From NCBI RefSeq assembly GCF_020745735.1, contig NC_083427.1:3069438-3133437 (forward strand): a stretch of 64,000 nucleotides of DNA, written 5' to 3'. Below are positions 1-11,959 of the stretch, piece by piece (the first letter of the stretch is position 1; each line of letters opens with the position of its first letter). The notes beneath the pieces are model-generated. The model was given only the letters and a program-made list of their open reading frames with translations, was not told the DNA's origin and searched no databases. Origin of the DNA: Hemiscyllium ocellatum. Its lineage: Eukaryota. Both the position numbers and the translations under genes were made by a program.

Positions 1-143
1 TTTTAAGTAAATTTTCATGTATTTGAATAAGGAAACAATGGCAAATCACTCGGTTCCGCTAGGTTGCTGTGTAATTCAGTAACTTGTGGCTGGTCTGACA
101 ACTCTATATTCCTGCCATTCACGATAATTCCTCATCTCCTTAC

Positions 144-373
144 CTCTGCGTTCAAAGTACTCGAAGACTGCAATCCGCCGCCTTTTAAAGCATAAACTGT
201 TCCAAATGAAGAAGACAATATTGAAAGAAGAACCGGTAATAGACATAGATAGATCACGAGACAGGCCAAACCTTTGCAAAACGGAGTTTGAAGAGGGAAA
301 CGTGAAATTATCTAATTTGTCAGGAAGAATAAAAGGAAGCATTACATTCCATGTGTTAAGTTTTTCAACTTCT
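144..373 (-). CDS. Candidate internal coding exon of an unidentified gene (76 aa; hydrophobic segment followed by KRRR)
   Basis: Minus strand: acceptor atttctctgtttttcAG (AG at 375-374) and donor GAG|gtaagg (GT at 143-142). Only one of three frames is open: EVEKLNTWNVMLPFILPDKLDNFTFPSSNSVLQRFGLSRDLSMSITGSSFNIVFFIWNSLCFKRRRIAVFEYFERR. It does not resemble the TEs in the window. Confidence 0.5.
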
Positions 374-574
374 CTGAAAAACAGAGAAATGTGTGAGTCC
401 TAGCGCACGAATCAGAGCTTATGCCCGTAAATGAAATTTAGGAACGTTCATAAAATTTGAACATTCACTGCAAGGCCTGTCGTTTCCAAAACAAGAGAAA
501 TTGTGGTTCAGTAATAAAGGCACGAGTGAGACAACACCTGGATACTATAAAACCGACCTTTCAGAGACACTTCA

Positions 575-1280
575 GAGAAGGTTTAATCAATGAATAAATG
601 GAATAGATCAATTGCCTTATGAGGGCCGCTTGGACAGGCTCGACCTGAACTTTAGAAAGGTAAGAGGTGAATTGATCTGAAATACAACATCATAAATTGT
701 TGCTATAGATTAGTTGAGAAAATTGTGCTTACATTTCTGGGAGGACATTGAATGCGGGGTCACTTTTAAAAATACAAATGAAGACGTTTATTTCAGCATT
801 ATCTTCATCATTTGGAGCAGTTTATTCCTTAGAAGACAACGGTAACACATTGGAGTATTTTAAACACTGATGATATAGATTGATGCTTCAGAAACAAGGA
901 GGGCGGGACACGGCTGACAGCTCAATGTTCCAGGGAATATGTTCTGATGGAAGGATGGAAGGGGACGCAAGAAATGAAGGATGGCATTTTTGATTAGGGA
1001 AATATAACAGTGATACTTAGAGAGGATATTTCTGTTGGCATGTCCAGTGAAACTATATGGATAGTGCTGAGAAATAAGAAGGGTTTGATCTCGTTGGTGG
1101 GATTGTATCACAAGAATCCCAATAGTCAGTGGGAAATTGTGGAGCACGCATAGCTGTAGGAATGAAAGATTGGAAGAGTTGGAGATTTTATCTTTCCAAA
1201 TGTAGACTGGGACTGATACGGCGTTAAGGGTGTGAACGGAAGAAATTTAGTAATGGTATTGAGAAAAATCTTCTTAATCA
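575..1280 (+). mobile_element. Decayed CR1 LINE fragments (3' RT/tail piece at about 575-790; endonuclease piece at about 880-1280)
   Basis: 880-1280 resembles the CR1 ORF2 endonuclease segments at 8515-8900 and 27300-27760 (..WIVLRNKKGLISLVGLYHKNPNS.., 'GDF.FPNVDW'-like), with stops. Confidence 0.65.
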
Positions 1281-1520
1281 TGTTATGGGCCAGACTAGAC
1301 CCCCTCAAAATATTTTAAGAAGATAGTCTAGATTCTCACATTTTCTTACGTCTAAAGGTAAATGCGAAGTGCTTGTTCCAGATTAGTGTGACTGGTCAAA
1401 CTACGTGACGTTAACCAAAACGCAATTTAGTTACAACACAATTAACGAAAAAGGAATTTAGAATAACTTAACTCCATTGAAAAAGCAGCAGAATAACAGA
1501 TGCAGTAACTTTTATTAATT
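1281..1520 (-). mobile_element. Truncated 3' LTR of the Gmr1-like Gypsy element
   Basis: Ends with the retroviral-type terminus ...CATAACA (plus strand TGTTATGGGCCAGACTAGACCCCCTCAAAA at 1281), directly downstream of the RT. A clear homolog lies at 37053-37265. Confidence 0.7.
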
Positions 1521-1889
1521 AGTAGTCCCAGTACAGTAATATTCCATAAACTCATTGTAATTTTCTCTTCGTTGATGGCAGAGGAAACTCCACAATAGCC
1601 TTCATTTTCACATCCCGTGTGTGCCATGACAATCAATATGGCCCAGGGATGTGAGGCTTTTGCGAAACTGGCTCTGAGCCAGTTGATCACCAAACTTGCC
1701 TCCCGAACTCGATCAAATAACTCTGACAGATGCTACAACCGTTCGTTCCATGTCTGACTGAAGCTCGCCAAGTCATCAATGTACACCACTTAATTCAATA
1801 ATCCAGAAATGAAGTTATTGGCTAGTCTTTAAAAGGTGGTTGAATTAAAATCAATTGCTCCCAACGTGATCTTCTCTACATTGTGGAAA

Positions 1890-2385
1890 TCAAATGTAAA
1901 CTTAGGGAACAATCAGAACAATCATCACAGTCAGAACCACGGGGCTGACAAGACCTCCCAGTCACCAGCCATTTCAAATCCCCTTCCACTCCCATTCCGA
2001 CATGGACCACAGCACAAGTTAGAGGAAAAGCACGTCATCTAACGCCTGGACAGCCTACAGCCAGAGGGATTCAACATTGAGTTCTCCAATTTCAAATAAG
2101 CTATCTTCCCATTTCCCCGACTTCCTTTCCAGTCCCACACTCTCCCTTCTACTCCTCCCTGCCACCAACTGGAGTCATTCTTCCCACTGACCAACCAGGG
2201 TCGTACACTGGACCTGCCTTCACCTATCCCCTCTTCACTACCCTGCCCCTGCCATCCCCTTTATCTGCAGCTGCCCCTACACCCACCAACACTGGTGAAG
2301 AAGGGTTACACCAAACGTTGACTTCTCCACCTTCTGATGCTGCCTGGCTTGCTGTGTTCTTTAAGCCTCCTGCCTGTCTACTTAA
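1890..2385 (+). mobile_element. Penelope-like element 3' fragment (GIY-YIG C-terminus plus terminal repeat), inserted in the Gypsy RT
   Basis: PVTSHFKSP...KLEEKHVI*RLDSLQPEGFNIEFSNFK*, followed by a ctgaagaagggttaca...ctgatgctgcctggcttgctgtgttc terminal segment. It splits the Gypsy RT between about 1835 and 2390. Confidence 0.8.
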
Positions 2386-2959
2386 AATTCGGATAGGACA
2401 TTCAATGCCACGAAAGTAGAAATTGTTTTTGTTCTTTCGGATAAAAGTGCTTGCCTGTATCCTCTGAGTTGGTTCAACTTCAAAATATAAGTTTCTTGTT
2501 CTAATCCTCAAGTCGTGGAATAGGGCATGAAGCAGACTTTGTGATAGGGACCAAAATTTTGGATGCCAACGGGTTTTGATACAAGTACAGTAGTGGGCTC
2601 CATTCACTGAAACCCAGTTCTATGATGTCGTCTTTGAATATGCATTCAATCTCTGTTCGGACCTTTGCGAATATTAGAGAGTTTCTATAAGAACATTCCT
2701 TAATGGAAAAACATTTCCTATGTTTATGTCATGTGGAATTCTATTATCGCTACCCACCTATCTCCCTGTGTGATTGTAATAACTCTTCCAGGTTATTTCT
2801 GTTTACTTCTGGTGGTAACTCAATAATTTATTCCTACGCTTGCGAACTTCGTCATTGTCCAACTTTATTTGAGGAATGTCCAATTCTGGATGCTCTGAAG
2901 TTTTTTTTAAACTCTGTGTTGTAACTAATAATACATTTTATTTTTGCTCTCCTTCCCTA

Positions 2960-3152
2960 CCATTACTTTTGAGCATATTCACACGGAGTCAAGAGTGTAG
3001 TGCTGGAAAAGCACAGCAGGTCCAGCAGCATCCAAGACAAGGGAGAATCGATTCTTCTGCTCCTCAGATGCTGTCTGACTTGCCTTGCTTTTCCAGCACC
3101 ATATTCTCGACTCTGACCTCCAGCATCTGCAGTCCTCACTTTCTCCTAGCAT
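2960..3152. mobile_element. Short non-autonomous element resembling a Penelope terminal repeat
   Basis: gctggaaaagcacagcaggtccagcagcatcc...gatgctgtctgacttg...ccagcatctgcagtcctcactttctcct; similar to the segments at 2330-2385, 8903-9037 and 54065-54150. Confidence 0.65.
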
Positions 3153-3597
3153 ATTCACACAGTGTCCTTTGTGAGATCGCTTTCCATCTGGCGTTTGCAT
3201 CAAACAATTCTCTACTAGCAAATTTGTAAACCTTTAATTACTTGTCAGGTTCCTGTATCATCTCATGGTGTGCTACTTTTAAATGCTGTCCAGCTATTTC
3301 ATCCATTCTATTTAATCAGTCCGTAAAATTTGACATATAGTCCAAATAGGTGCTCTATGAAGTCTGACTTCACAATTTCTCCTTAATCAATTTCAGTTGT
3401 CATCTCACCTCATGTCCAAAAGCTAATTCAAATGGACCACAATTGGTAGATTCATTGGTGTGTCCCTAATTGCAGAAAGTATGAATAGAATTCCTTGATG
3501 CCAATCCTCAGCATCGTCTTGTCTATAGTTCCTTAACATGATATCTAATTTTGGTGCCCCCATTCTGATGGTCCTTACGATTCTGGATGGTACGCAA

Positions 3598-3934
3598 TGA
3601 AGAATCATAGAATCCACAGGCCATTCGACCCAGCATATCCACAGCGAATATCCGAAAAGCATCCTACCCAGTCTCACATCCCTACCCTATAATCCTGCAT
3701 TCCTCAGCGAAAGTACACATCATTGGACACGATGGGCAATTTAGCAAGGCCAATACACCGAACCTGCACATTCTTTAGGACCGTGGGAGGAAACTGGAAC
3801 ATCCGGAGAAAACTCACTCAAACACAGAGAGAAGGTGTAAACTCCATATAAACATTCATCTGAGGATGGAATTGAAACTAAGTCGATGACGTTATAAGAC
3901 AACCGTGCTAACAACTGAGCCGCTGTGCCTCCCC
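3598..3934 (-). mobile_element. HE1-like tRNA-derived SINE inserted in the Gypsy integrase
   Basis: Minus-strand head ggcacagcggctcagttgttagcac (A-box-like) ...tttcaattcc (B-box-like); body shared with other copies in the window; ttctatgattc tail. Confidence 0.8.
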
Positions 3935-5859
3935 TTTTGGGATTTGAATCATTTTATTCCTCAGCTATCCATAAATTCCTTGAATACTTTTGATGGAAAA
4001 ATTGACCCTTGATATAATTGCATCTGTGTGGGTCATTCGCATCTCGAGAAAAATTTGATTAACTTTCCCAAAATCAAATATATGTTTACGCATTCCATAT
4101 CAATAAAATGCTTTTGTGTATTGACTTATGTTTCCCTTACTCCAAAATGACCTCCTGTTGTTATTTCATGTGATATCCGTAACACCTATTTTCCATAACC
4201 CACTGTTAAAATTACTTGTTTAACTTCTACCGATTTCTCGTCCGTCTGAATATGTGATGGACACGATTTCCTCATTAATACGTCGTTTTAAGATGGCAGC
4301 ATTTTGAGATTCACTCAGATTGGTCTTCATTGTGTGCTTCTTGATACAACTCCTTCAGTTCTTTTCATCTTTCCTTTGTGAGTCAGCTAGTTTCTCTGAA
4401 CTAAAAATATCCACTTTAACACCCATATGTTCTTACTCCTCTTCAATCATTTGATCAGATAAGGCCTGTGATAATTGCACTTCAACTTTTCTTCATTCTT
4501 TGACTTCTCCTCCGGCTTCAGCCTGAGGCTTTGTCGCCTTGTTATGACACACTCAGGAAACATCTGAGGTTATAGTTTCTGTCATATCTACGTTACCTGA
4601 TTTTCCACTGGGTTTTTCAACCAAAGAAAGCAGCATGCCCATCTGTGATCCAGCTACATTGTTATCAAGGACAAACTGTATTCCTGGAATTGAAAGTTCC
4701 TCTAATACTCCTACGACCACTTCTCAACTTTTCATCGAATACTCCAATCTCATATTTTATGGTGGAGTTCTTCATGTCTCACTATGAATTCCACACATAA
4801 CAACATTTTCTGGCACTACTTCTTCTGAATGACATATCTTGACATCTCTCGACATCAACGATTGACATGCTCCACTATCTCATAGAATTGCAATTTCTTT
4901 ACTTCCTCCACCTGGCAGATCCGAGTCATCCTTACACCCGCAAATGAATGTTTAAAGAAGATCTGGCATTTCCGTCTCCACCAACCACTGACCAGGCTGT
5001 ACATTCTTGCACAGCGTTTTAGCTTCCACTATCCTTAACTTTATCACTTCAACAAAATTCACTGGTTTATCCTGCTACCTCACACCCATATTCTCAGTGT
5101 TGTGATTTTAAACCATCATTGTGAAGATTTCGTGAGGTCCACTTTTTTGCAATGAAAAGACCAGAGTTTTTTTTTACTTCTTTTTCCTCCTCATGGATTT
5201 CCTGTTTGCCCCGTGATAAATTATCCGTACTATCTTCAATGAGATCTCCTTTTCCCTTAGGACCGGAGAATTTCCACTTTCACCTATTTCTAATATTCAC
5301 GAATTGAAATTGATTCCTGAAGCCAAACTATGAAATATCAACCAATTCGTAACCATAGACCATTTAGGCAGCTAATCTTGCAATCGTAACTCTCTGCTCT
5401 TCACAAAAGTTTTCATTACTTCAGGAAGTGAATTTTTGAAGTTCCAAAATAGTCTACTTTCTAAAAGTGTCATATTTTTGAAGTATTTTCAATGCCTAAA
5501 ATGACTATAAAAATTATTTTGCTTATCCTTTCAGATTCAATGTACGTTTGATCAGAGTCCCTCCTTATATTCTGTACAGTTGTCTCTTGGCTCCTGGCAC
5601 AAGCTCAAGTGCACTTCGATGGCATTTGTTACCTCATTATACTCCACAGTTACCTCTGCTGTTCGTGATGCAAGTACCTCACGATTTCTAACTACCAACT
5701 TTCTTTGTGTCAACTATACCCCATGGTCACTTTCTTTGTTTGGCCACTTTCTAAAAAAAAATTAAAAACAAGGCTGCTAAATGCTTATTGTCGAATCTAG
5801 GCAATGATTATACATATTTATATTATACACACCAATTATATATCCAAGAAAAATATTAG

Positions 5860-7630
5860 CACATAGAACATAGAAAAATACAGTGCAGTATAGGCTCTTT
5901 GGCCTTCGATGTTGCGCCGACCCAAGCCCACCTAACCTACACTTGCCCACAATCCTCCATATGCCTATCCAATGCCCGTTTAAATGCCCATAAAGAGGGA
6001 GAGTCCATCACTGCTACTGGCAGGGCACTCCATGAACTTACGACTCGCTGAGTAAAGAATCTACCCCTAACATCTGTCCTATACCTACCTACCCTTAATT
6101 TAAAGCTATGCCCTCTCGTAATAGCTGACTCCATACCTGGAAAAAGGTTTTCATTGTCAACCTTATCTAAACCCCTAATCATCGTATACACCTCTATCAA
6201 GTCACCACTAAACTTTCTTTTCTCCAATGAAAACAGCCCCAAATGCCTCAGCCTTTCCTCATATGATCTTTCTACCATACCAGGCAACATCCTGGTAAAC
6301 CTCCTCTGCACCCGTTCCAGTGCCTCCACATCCTTCCTATAGTATGGCGACCAAAACTGCACGCAATATTCCAGATGCGGCCGCACCAGAGACTTATACA
6401 ACTGCAACATGACCTCAGGACTCCGGAACTCAATTCCTCTACCAATAAAAGCCAGTACGCCATATACCTTCTTCACAGCACTATTTACCTGGGTGGCAAC
6501 TTTCAGAGATCTGTGTACATGGACACCAATATCCCTCTGCTCATCACACCACCAAGTATCCGACCATTAACCCAGTACCCCATCTTCTTGTCACTGTTAC
6601 CAAAGTGAATCCCTTCACACTTAGCTACATTGAACTCCATTTCCCACATTTCTACCCAGCTCTACAGCTTATCTATATCCCGCGGTAACCTGCCACATCC
6701 TTCCTCACTATCAACAACTCCACCAACTTTCGTATCATCTGCAAACTTGCTCACCCAAACTTCTAGCCCCTCCTCCAGGTCATTTATAAAAATGAGAAAC
6801 AGCAATGGTCCCAAAACAGATCCTTGTAGAACACCGCTTATAACTGCACTCCAAGATGAACCTTTACCATCAACTACTACCCTCTGTCTTCTTCCAGCCA
6901 GCCAATTCCTAATCCAAACCTCCAACTCACCCTCAATGCCATACCTCCGTATTGTTTGCAGTAGCCTACCATGGGGAACCTTATCAAATGCTTTATTAAA
7001 ATTCACATATACCACATCTACCGCTTTACCCTCGTGCACCTCCTTAGTCACCTTCTCAAAGAATTCAATAAGGTTTGTGAGACACGACCTGCCCTTCACA
7101 AAACCATGCTGACTATCCTTGATCACATTATTCCTATCCAGACGTTCATAAATCCTATCCCTTACAATTCTCTCTAAGACTTTGCCCACAACAGAAGTGA
7201 GACTCACCGGCCTATGATTACTGGGGTTATCTCTACTCCCCTTCTTGAACAAGGGAACCACATTTGCTATCCTCCAGTCTTCTGGCACTATTCCTGTAGA
7301 CAACGAGGACATAAAAATCAAGGCCAATGGCTCTGCAATCTCCTCCCTTGTTTCCAAGAGAATCCTAGGATAAATGCCATCAGGCCCCGGGGACTTATCA
7401 ATTTTCACCCTTTACAGAATTTCCAACACCTCTTCCATAAATACCTCAAAGCCATCCATTCTAATTAATTGTGACTCAATATTCACATCGGCAACAATGT
7501 CCTGTTCCTGAGTGAATACTGACGAAAAGTATTTATTGATGTTTCTCCAATCTCTTCAGCCTCCACGCACAACTTCCCACTACTATCCTTGACTGGACCT
7601 ATTCCTACCCGAGTCATTATTTTATTCCTG
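5860..7630 (-). mobile_element. 5'-truncated CR1 LINE (ORF2 reverse transcriptase and 3' tail)
   Basis: ORFs 6662-7408 (KSPGPDGIYP, QHGFVKGRSCLTNL, QGSVLGP, FADD) and 5937-6476 (LVRPHLEYCVQFWSP, VQRRFTRM); tail ...ttttctatgttctatg. Confidence 0.95.
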
Positions 7631-7834
7631 TTTGAACGAGTGGCATAGCCAGGAAAGGGATTGACGATCTGTAAAGTGACTACAGACAGCTAGATTGAAA
7701 TCTGAAGAGCAGGACGAATAGAGAAGTGTTCTCAGGTTTGCTTCCGCTGCCACGGGATAGTGAGGTGAGAAACAGTCAGCGACTGCAGCTGAATACGTGG
7801 CTGGACGGTTGCTACAGGAAAGAGGGCTTCAGAT

Positions 7835-8515
7835 GCAGTACTGCGACCCTTAGGACTCATAACAGCACACAAGCCAACTTCCACACTCAGACAACAACTC
7901 ACTAGAACAAAGGACCCAATAGCCAGCACGAGCCAAACTAACGTAGTTTACAAAATACCATGCAAGGACTGCACAAAACACTATATAGGACAAACAGGAA
8001 GACAGCTAACAATCCGCATCCATGAACATCAGCTAGCCACAAAACGACACGACCAGCTATCCCTAGTAGCCATACACTCAGACAAGCAGGAACATGAATT
8101 TGACTGGGAAAACACTACCATCATAGGACAAGCCAAACAGAGAACAGCCAGGGAATTCCTAGAGGCATGGCATTCATCCACAAACTCCATTAACAGACAC
8201 ATAGACCTGGACCCCATATACAAACCACTACAGCTGAAACTGACACCCGGAAACGGCAAGAACATCCATCAACAGACACATCGACCTGGACCCCACATAC
8301 AAACTACTACAGCTGAAACTGACACCCGGAAGCGGCAAGAACAAACCACTATAAATACCGGAAGAAACATCAAAGCAGCGCTTCACAGGAGGCTCCAATA
8401 GCACTGATGATGTTCCCTAGCCAGGGAACGAAACGTTTGCAGCAAAAACTTCCAGCTCGGCGAACAGAACCACAACAACGGACACCCGAGCTACAAATCT
8501 TCAACCAGACTTTAA
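7835..8515 (+). mobile_element. Penelope-like element 3' fragment with a stop-free GIY-YIG endonuclease frame (7835-8401)
   Basis: AVLRPLGLITAHKPTSTLRQQLTRTKDP...NVVYKIPCKDCTKHYIGQTGRQLTIRIHEH...AREFLEAWHSSTNSINRH; terminal segment actgatgatgttccctag...gaaacgtttgcagc. Confidence 0.9.
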
Positions 8516-8902
8516 GTAGAACGTGGGGGAAACAAGATGGGGTGTTGCATTACTAATCAAAGAGTGCATCATTGATACAGAAATGATGGTTGTCCAGGAA
8601 GATTAGTCTACTGAGTAAGTATGGGTGGAAGTTAGGAACAGCAATGGAGCAGTAACCTCATTGGGTATTTTCTGCAGACACCCCTGATAGCAGTTGGAAA
8701 ATCGAAGAACTCATAAGGCGGCTGATTTTGTAGAAGGGCAGACGTAGCAGGGTTATTGTTATGGGTGACTTCAATTTTTCCAATATTGATTAGAGGCTCT
8801 TTAGTGCAGATGGTTTGGATGGAGCCGTTTTTGTCAGGTGTGTGCAGGAGAGTTTCCTTAATCAGTATGTAGACAGGCCGACGGGAGGAGATTATTTTGG
8901 AT

Positions 8903-9037
8903 AAAAGCAAATTACTGCGGATGCTGGAATCTGAAACAAAAAGAGAAAATGCTGGAATATCTCAGCAGGTCTGGCACCATCTGTAAGGAGAGAAAAGAGC
9001 TGACGTTTCGAGTCCAACTGACCCTTTATCAAAGCTA
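8903..9037. mobile_element. 135-bp Penelope-terminal-repeat-like mini element with a 9-bp target site duplication
   Basis: ATTTTGGAT at 8894-8902 and again at 9038-9046; the CR1 sequence resumes across it. Confidence 0.75.
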
Positions 9038-11340
9038 ATTTTGGATTTGGTGCTCAGCAATGAGCTAGATAGGTGTCAGATCTCGCGGTGGGAGAACATT
9101 TTCGTGACAGGGACCACAGCTGCCTCACATTTGCCATGGAGAGGGAAAGGAGCAGTTACCATTGGAGTACCTTTAATTGGGGATAAGGAAATTATGACGC
9201 TATTAGACAGGAGTTGGGAAGTACAGATTGGGAGCAATTGTTCCGCAGAAAGGGCACAGCAGACATGTGGAGACCGTTTAAGGAGTAGTTGTTGCGAGAG
9301 ACGCATAAATTTGTTCTTCGAAGACAGGCAAGAAGGGGTAAGATTAAGGAGCCTTGGATGACGAGAACAAGGGAGCTTCTCGTCAAAAGGAAGAAGGCAG
9401 CTTACGTGAGGTGGAGGAACCAAGGGTCTAGCACAGCTTCAGAGGAGGATGGCAGGCTTGCTAGGAAGGAGCTCAAAAATGAATTGAGGAGACCCAGGAG
9501 GGGCCACTAAAAAGGTTGGCAGGAAGGATTAGGGAGAAACCACAGGCATTTTATTAAGACGTGAGGAATAAGATAATGATCAGGGAGAAGGTAGGACAGA
9601 TCAGAAGAAATGAAAGGAACGTGTGCCTGGAATCTGAGCAGGTAATGGAAGCCATAAATGGGTTCTTTTTTGCTTCAGTTTTCACGAAGGATAGGGACGT
9701 TGTTGTGAAAGAGAACTTTGAGGAACAGAGAAACAGACTTGAAGAGATCGAGACTGAGGAAGTTGATTTGCTTGAAAATTTGGCAAACATTCGGATTGGT
9801 AAGGCGCCAGGGCCAGAGCAGATTTATCCTAGGTTGTACTGGGAAGCGAGATAGGAGGTTGCTAAGCTGCTAGCGAAGACCTTTGCTTCCTCACTCTCCA
9901 TAGGAGTGGTACCGGAGGGTTGGAGAGAGGTGAATAATGTTCCCCTTTTCAAGAAAGGTGAATAGGGAAATCCCTGGCAATTACAGATCAATCAGTAATA
10001 CGTCTGTGGTCAGCAATGTTTTGGAAAGAATTCTGAGGACTAGGATTTATTACTACTTGGAAACGCATAGAATGATTAAAGGCAGTCAGCATGGCTTTGT
10101 GAGAAGCAGGGCATGCCTGACAAATCTTATTGAGTTCTTTGAGGAGGTGATGAGCCAGGTTGATGAAAGTCAGGTAGTGGGTTTACTGCACATAGACTTC
10201 AGCAAGGCATTTGATAAGGTTCCCCACGGCAGGCTCATTCAGTAAGTCAGGAGGTATGGGACAAAGGGAGATTTGGCTGTCTGGATTCAGAATTGGGTGG
10301 CTGACAGAAGGCAGGATGGATGTAGATGTTAAGTATTCTGTTTGGAGGTCAGTGGTGAGTGGTGTTCCGTCGGGCTCTGTTCTTGGGCCTCTGTCTTTGT
10401 GGTTTACATAAATGACTTGGATGAAGAGGTTGAGGGGTGGGTTAATAAGTTTGCCGATGACACAAGGTTGGAGGTGCTGTTGGTAGTATTGAGGGCTATT
10501 GCAGGCTGCAGTATGACATTGACAGTATGCAGAGATGGGCTGAGAAATAGCAAATGGAGTTCAACCTGGATAAATGCGAATTGATGCATTTTGGAAGATC
10601 AAACTTAAATGCTGAAAGCAGGATTAAAAACAGGATTCTTGGCAGTGTGGAGGAACAGCGGGATCTTGGTGTTCAAGTATGTACATCTTTCAAAGTTGCC
10701 ATTCAAATGGACAAGGTTGTTAAGAAAGCCTATGATGTTTTGGTTTTCATTAACAAGGGCATGGAGTTTAAGAGCTGCGAGGTTTTGTTGCAACTTTAAA
10801 AAACTCTGGTGACACCACATTTGGAATATCTTGTCCAGTTCTGGTCGCCCTATTACAGGAAACATGTGGAGGCTTCGGAGAGGGTGCAAAGATGTTTGCC
10901 AGGCTGCTATCCAGACTGGAAGGCTTGTCTTACGAGTAGGGATGAACTGAGCTCAGACTTATCTCTCTGAAGAGAAAGAGGAAGATCGAGGTGAGCAAGG
11001 TAATGAGAGGCATGGATAGAGTCGATAACCAGATACTTTTCCCCAGGGCAGGATTGACTGCCACGAGAAGTCACAGTTTTTAGGTGCTAGGAGGAAGGTA
11101 TAGAGGAGACGTCAGAGGTAGGTTCTTTATGCAGACAGTTGTGAGCGCATGGAATGCCTTGCCAATGGAAGTGGTGGAAGAAGAGTCATTAGGGACATTT
11201 AAGCGACTGCTATACATGCACATGGACAGCAGTGAATTGAGGGGAGCATAGGTTAGCTTATTTTATATACATTAGGATTAATTCTCAACACAACATCGGC
11301 GACTGAAGGGCCTTTACTGTGCTGTACATTTCTACGTTCT

Positions 11341-11945
11341 ATATTTAAACATATTACCCACTCAGTGTTTGACTATGATGGATTTATTCATCTTTTCTAT
11401 CCTTCTTGCTAACCCTACCTCCCACCTTTTACCTTCACCTCCGTCCTTTTAAGTCCATTCTGCCCTCTAAATACCAAATTCTAAACATCTAACTCTCTCT
11501 CTTTCTGCTTTTCTTCTCTCTATTTCACTCTTTCATCTCCTTGGGTCTTCTGATATTCTATTCCCTTTGCTTTCCATCGTAATTCAGCAGCTTCATTTCC
11601 TTTCCTCTTTCTTTTTGCCTCTCATCAAGCTGATTCATTTGCAATTGAATTTTAGCCGTTTCCAAACGTTCCGATGGAATTTCTGGCAATTGCTAGATTT
11701 TTGTCCTACTTCCTCGCAGACAAAGGCAAACACATCTCTTGTTTGTTGGATAATTCCGAAATCTTTGCCTTGCTGACGTATTTTGAAACTCAAAGTTGAA
11801 TTCTTCCACCAATTGAAAGACTTGGTGACTGAAAGAGCCATTCGTGGATGAGGCACAGCCTTTTTAAACTAATCAATTTCAACACCCGAAACAAAAGACA
11901 GTAATAATTGCTACTCGCAGCATTTGAGTTCAAACCTCCTAACTT
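11341..11945 (-). mobile_element. 5' leader and gag N-terminus of the same Gmr1-like element
   Basis: ATGGCTCTTTCAGTC (MALSVTKSF) at about 11850, then a purine-rich E/K/R coiled-coil-coding stretch (CT-rich on plus). Reading resumes at about 5820 (KYV*SLPRFDNK..FLIFF.KVAKQ). Confidence 0.7.
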
Positions 11946-11959
11946 CAACCTGGAATTAT

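Larger units (their letters stand above)
1521..5820 (-). mobile_element. Gmr1-like Ty3/Gypsy LTR retrotransposon, decayed internal region (gag C-term, protease, integrase, RT)
   Basis: Manual minus-strand translation: gag core (SALELVP..RQLYR; FKNSLPEVMKT) at about 5300-5800; zinc-knuckle remnant FHCKKVDLTKS at about 5110-5160; DSG protease-like motif at about 5025-5040; integrase (GHLGVRKT at about 4150; QGSIFPSKVFKEFMDS at about 3960-4020; IMLRNYRQDDAEDWHQGILFILSAIRD at about 3460-3560); RT (PIPRLED at about 2500; VYIDDL at about 1770-1790; KAIVEFP at about 1590). Many stops and frameshifts. Confidence 0.85.
7631..11340 (+). mobile_element. CR1 LINE (ORF1 3' end, endonuclease, RT, tail), decayed and interrupted twice
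   Basis: ORF1-like LLPLPRDSEVRN..QLNTWLDG at about 7735-7830; endonuclease GDFNFSNID at about 8760; RT motifs in ORFs 9937-10245 (QHGFVRSRACLTNL, DFSKAFDKVPH) and 10342-10584 (FADD); tail ttctacgttcta at about 11330. Confidence 0.9.

Noticed and set aside
11345-11600. CT-rich tract as a stand-alone low-complexity repeat
   Set aside because: Better explained as the reverse complement of the E/K/R-rich coiled-coil part of the Gypsy gag.
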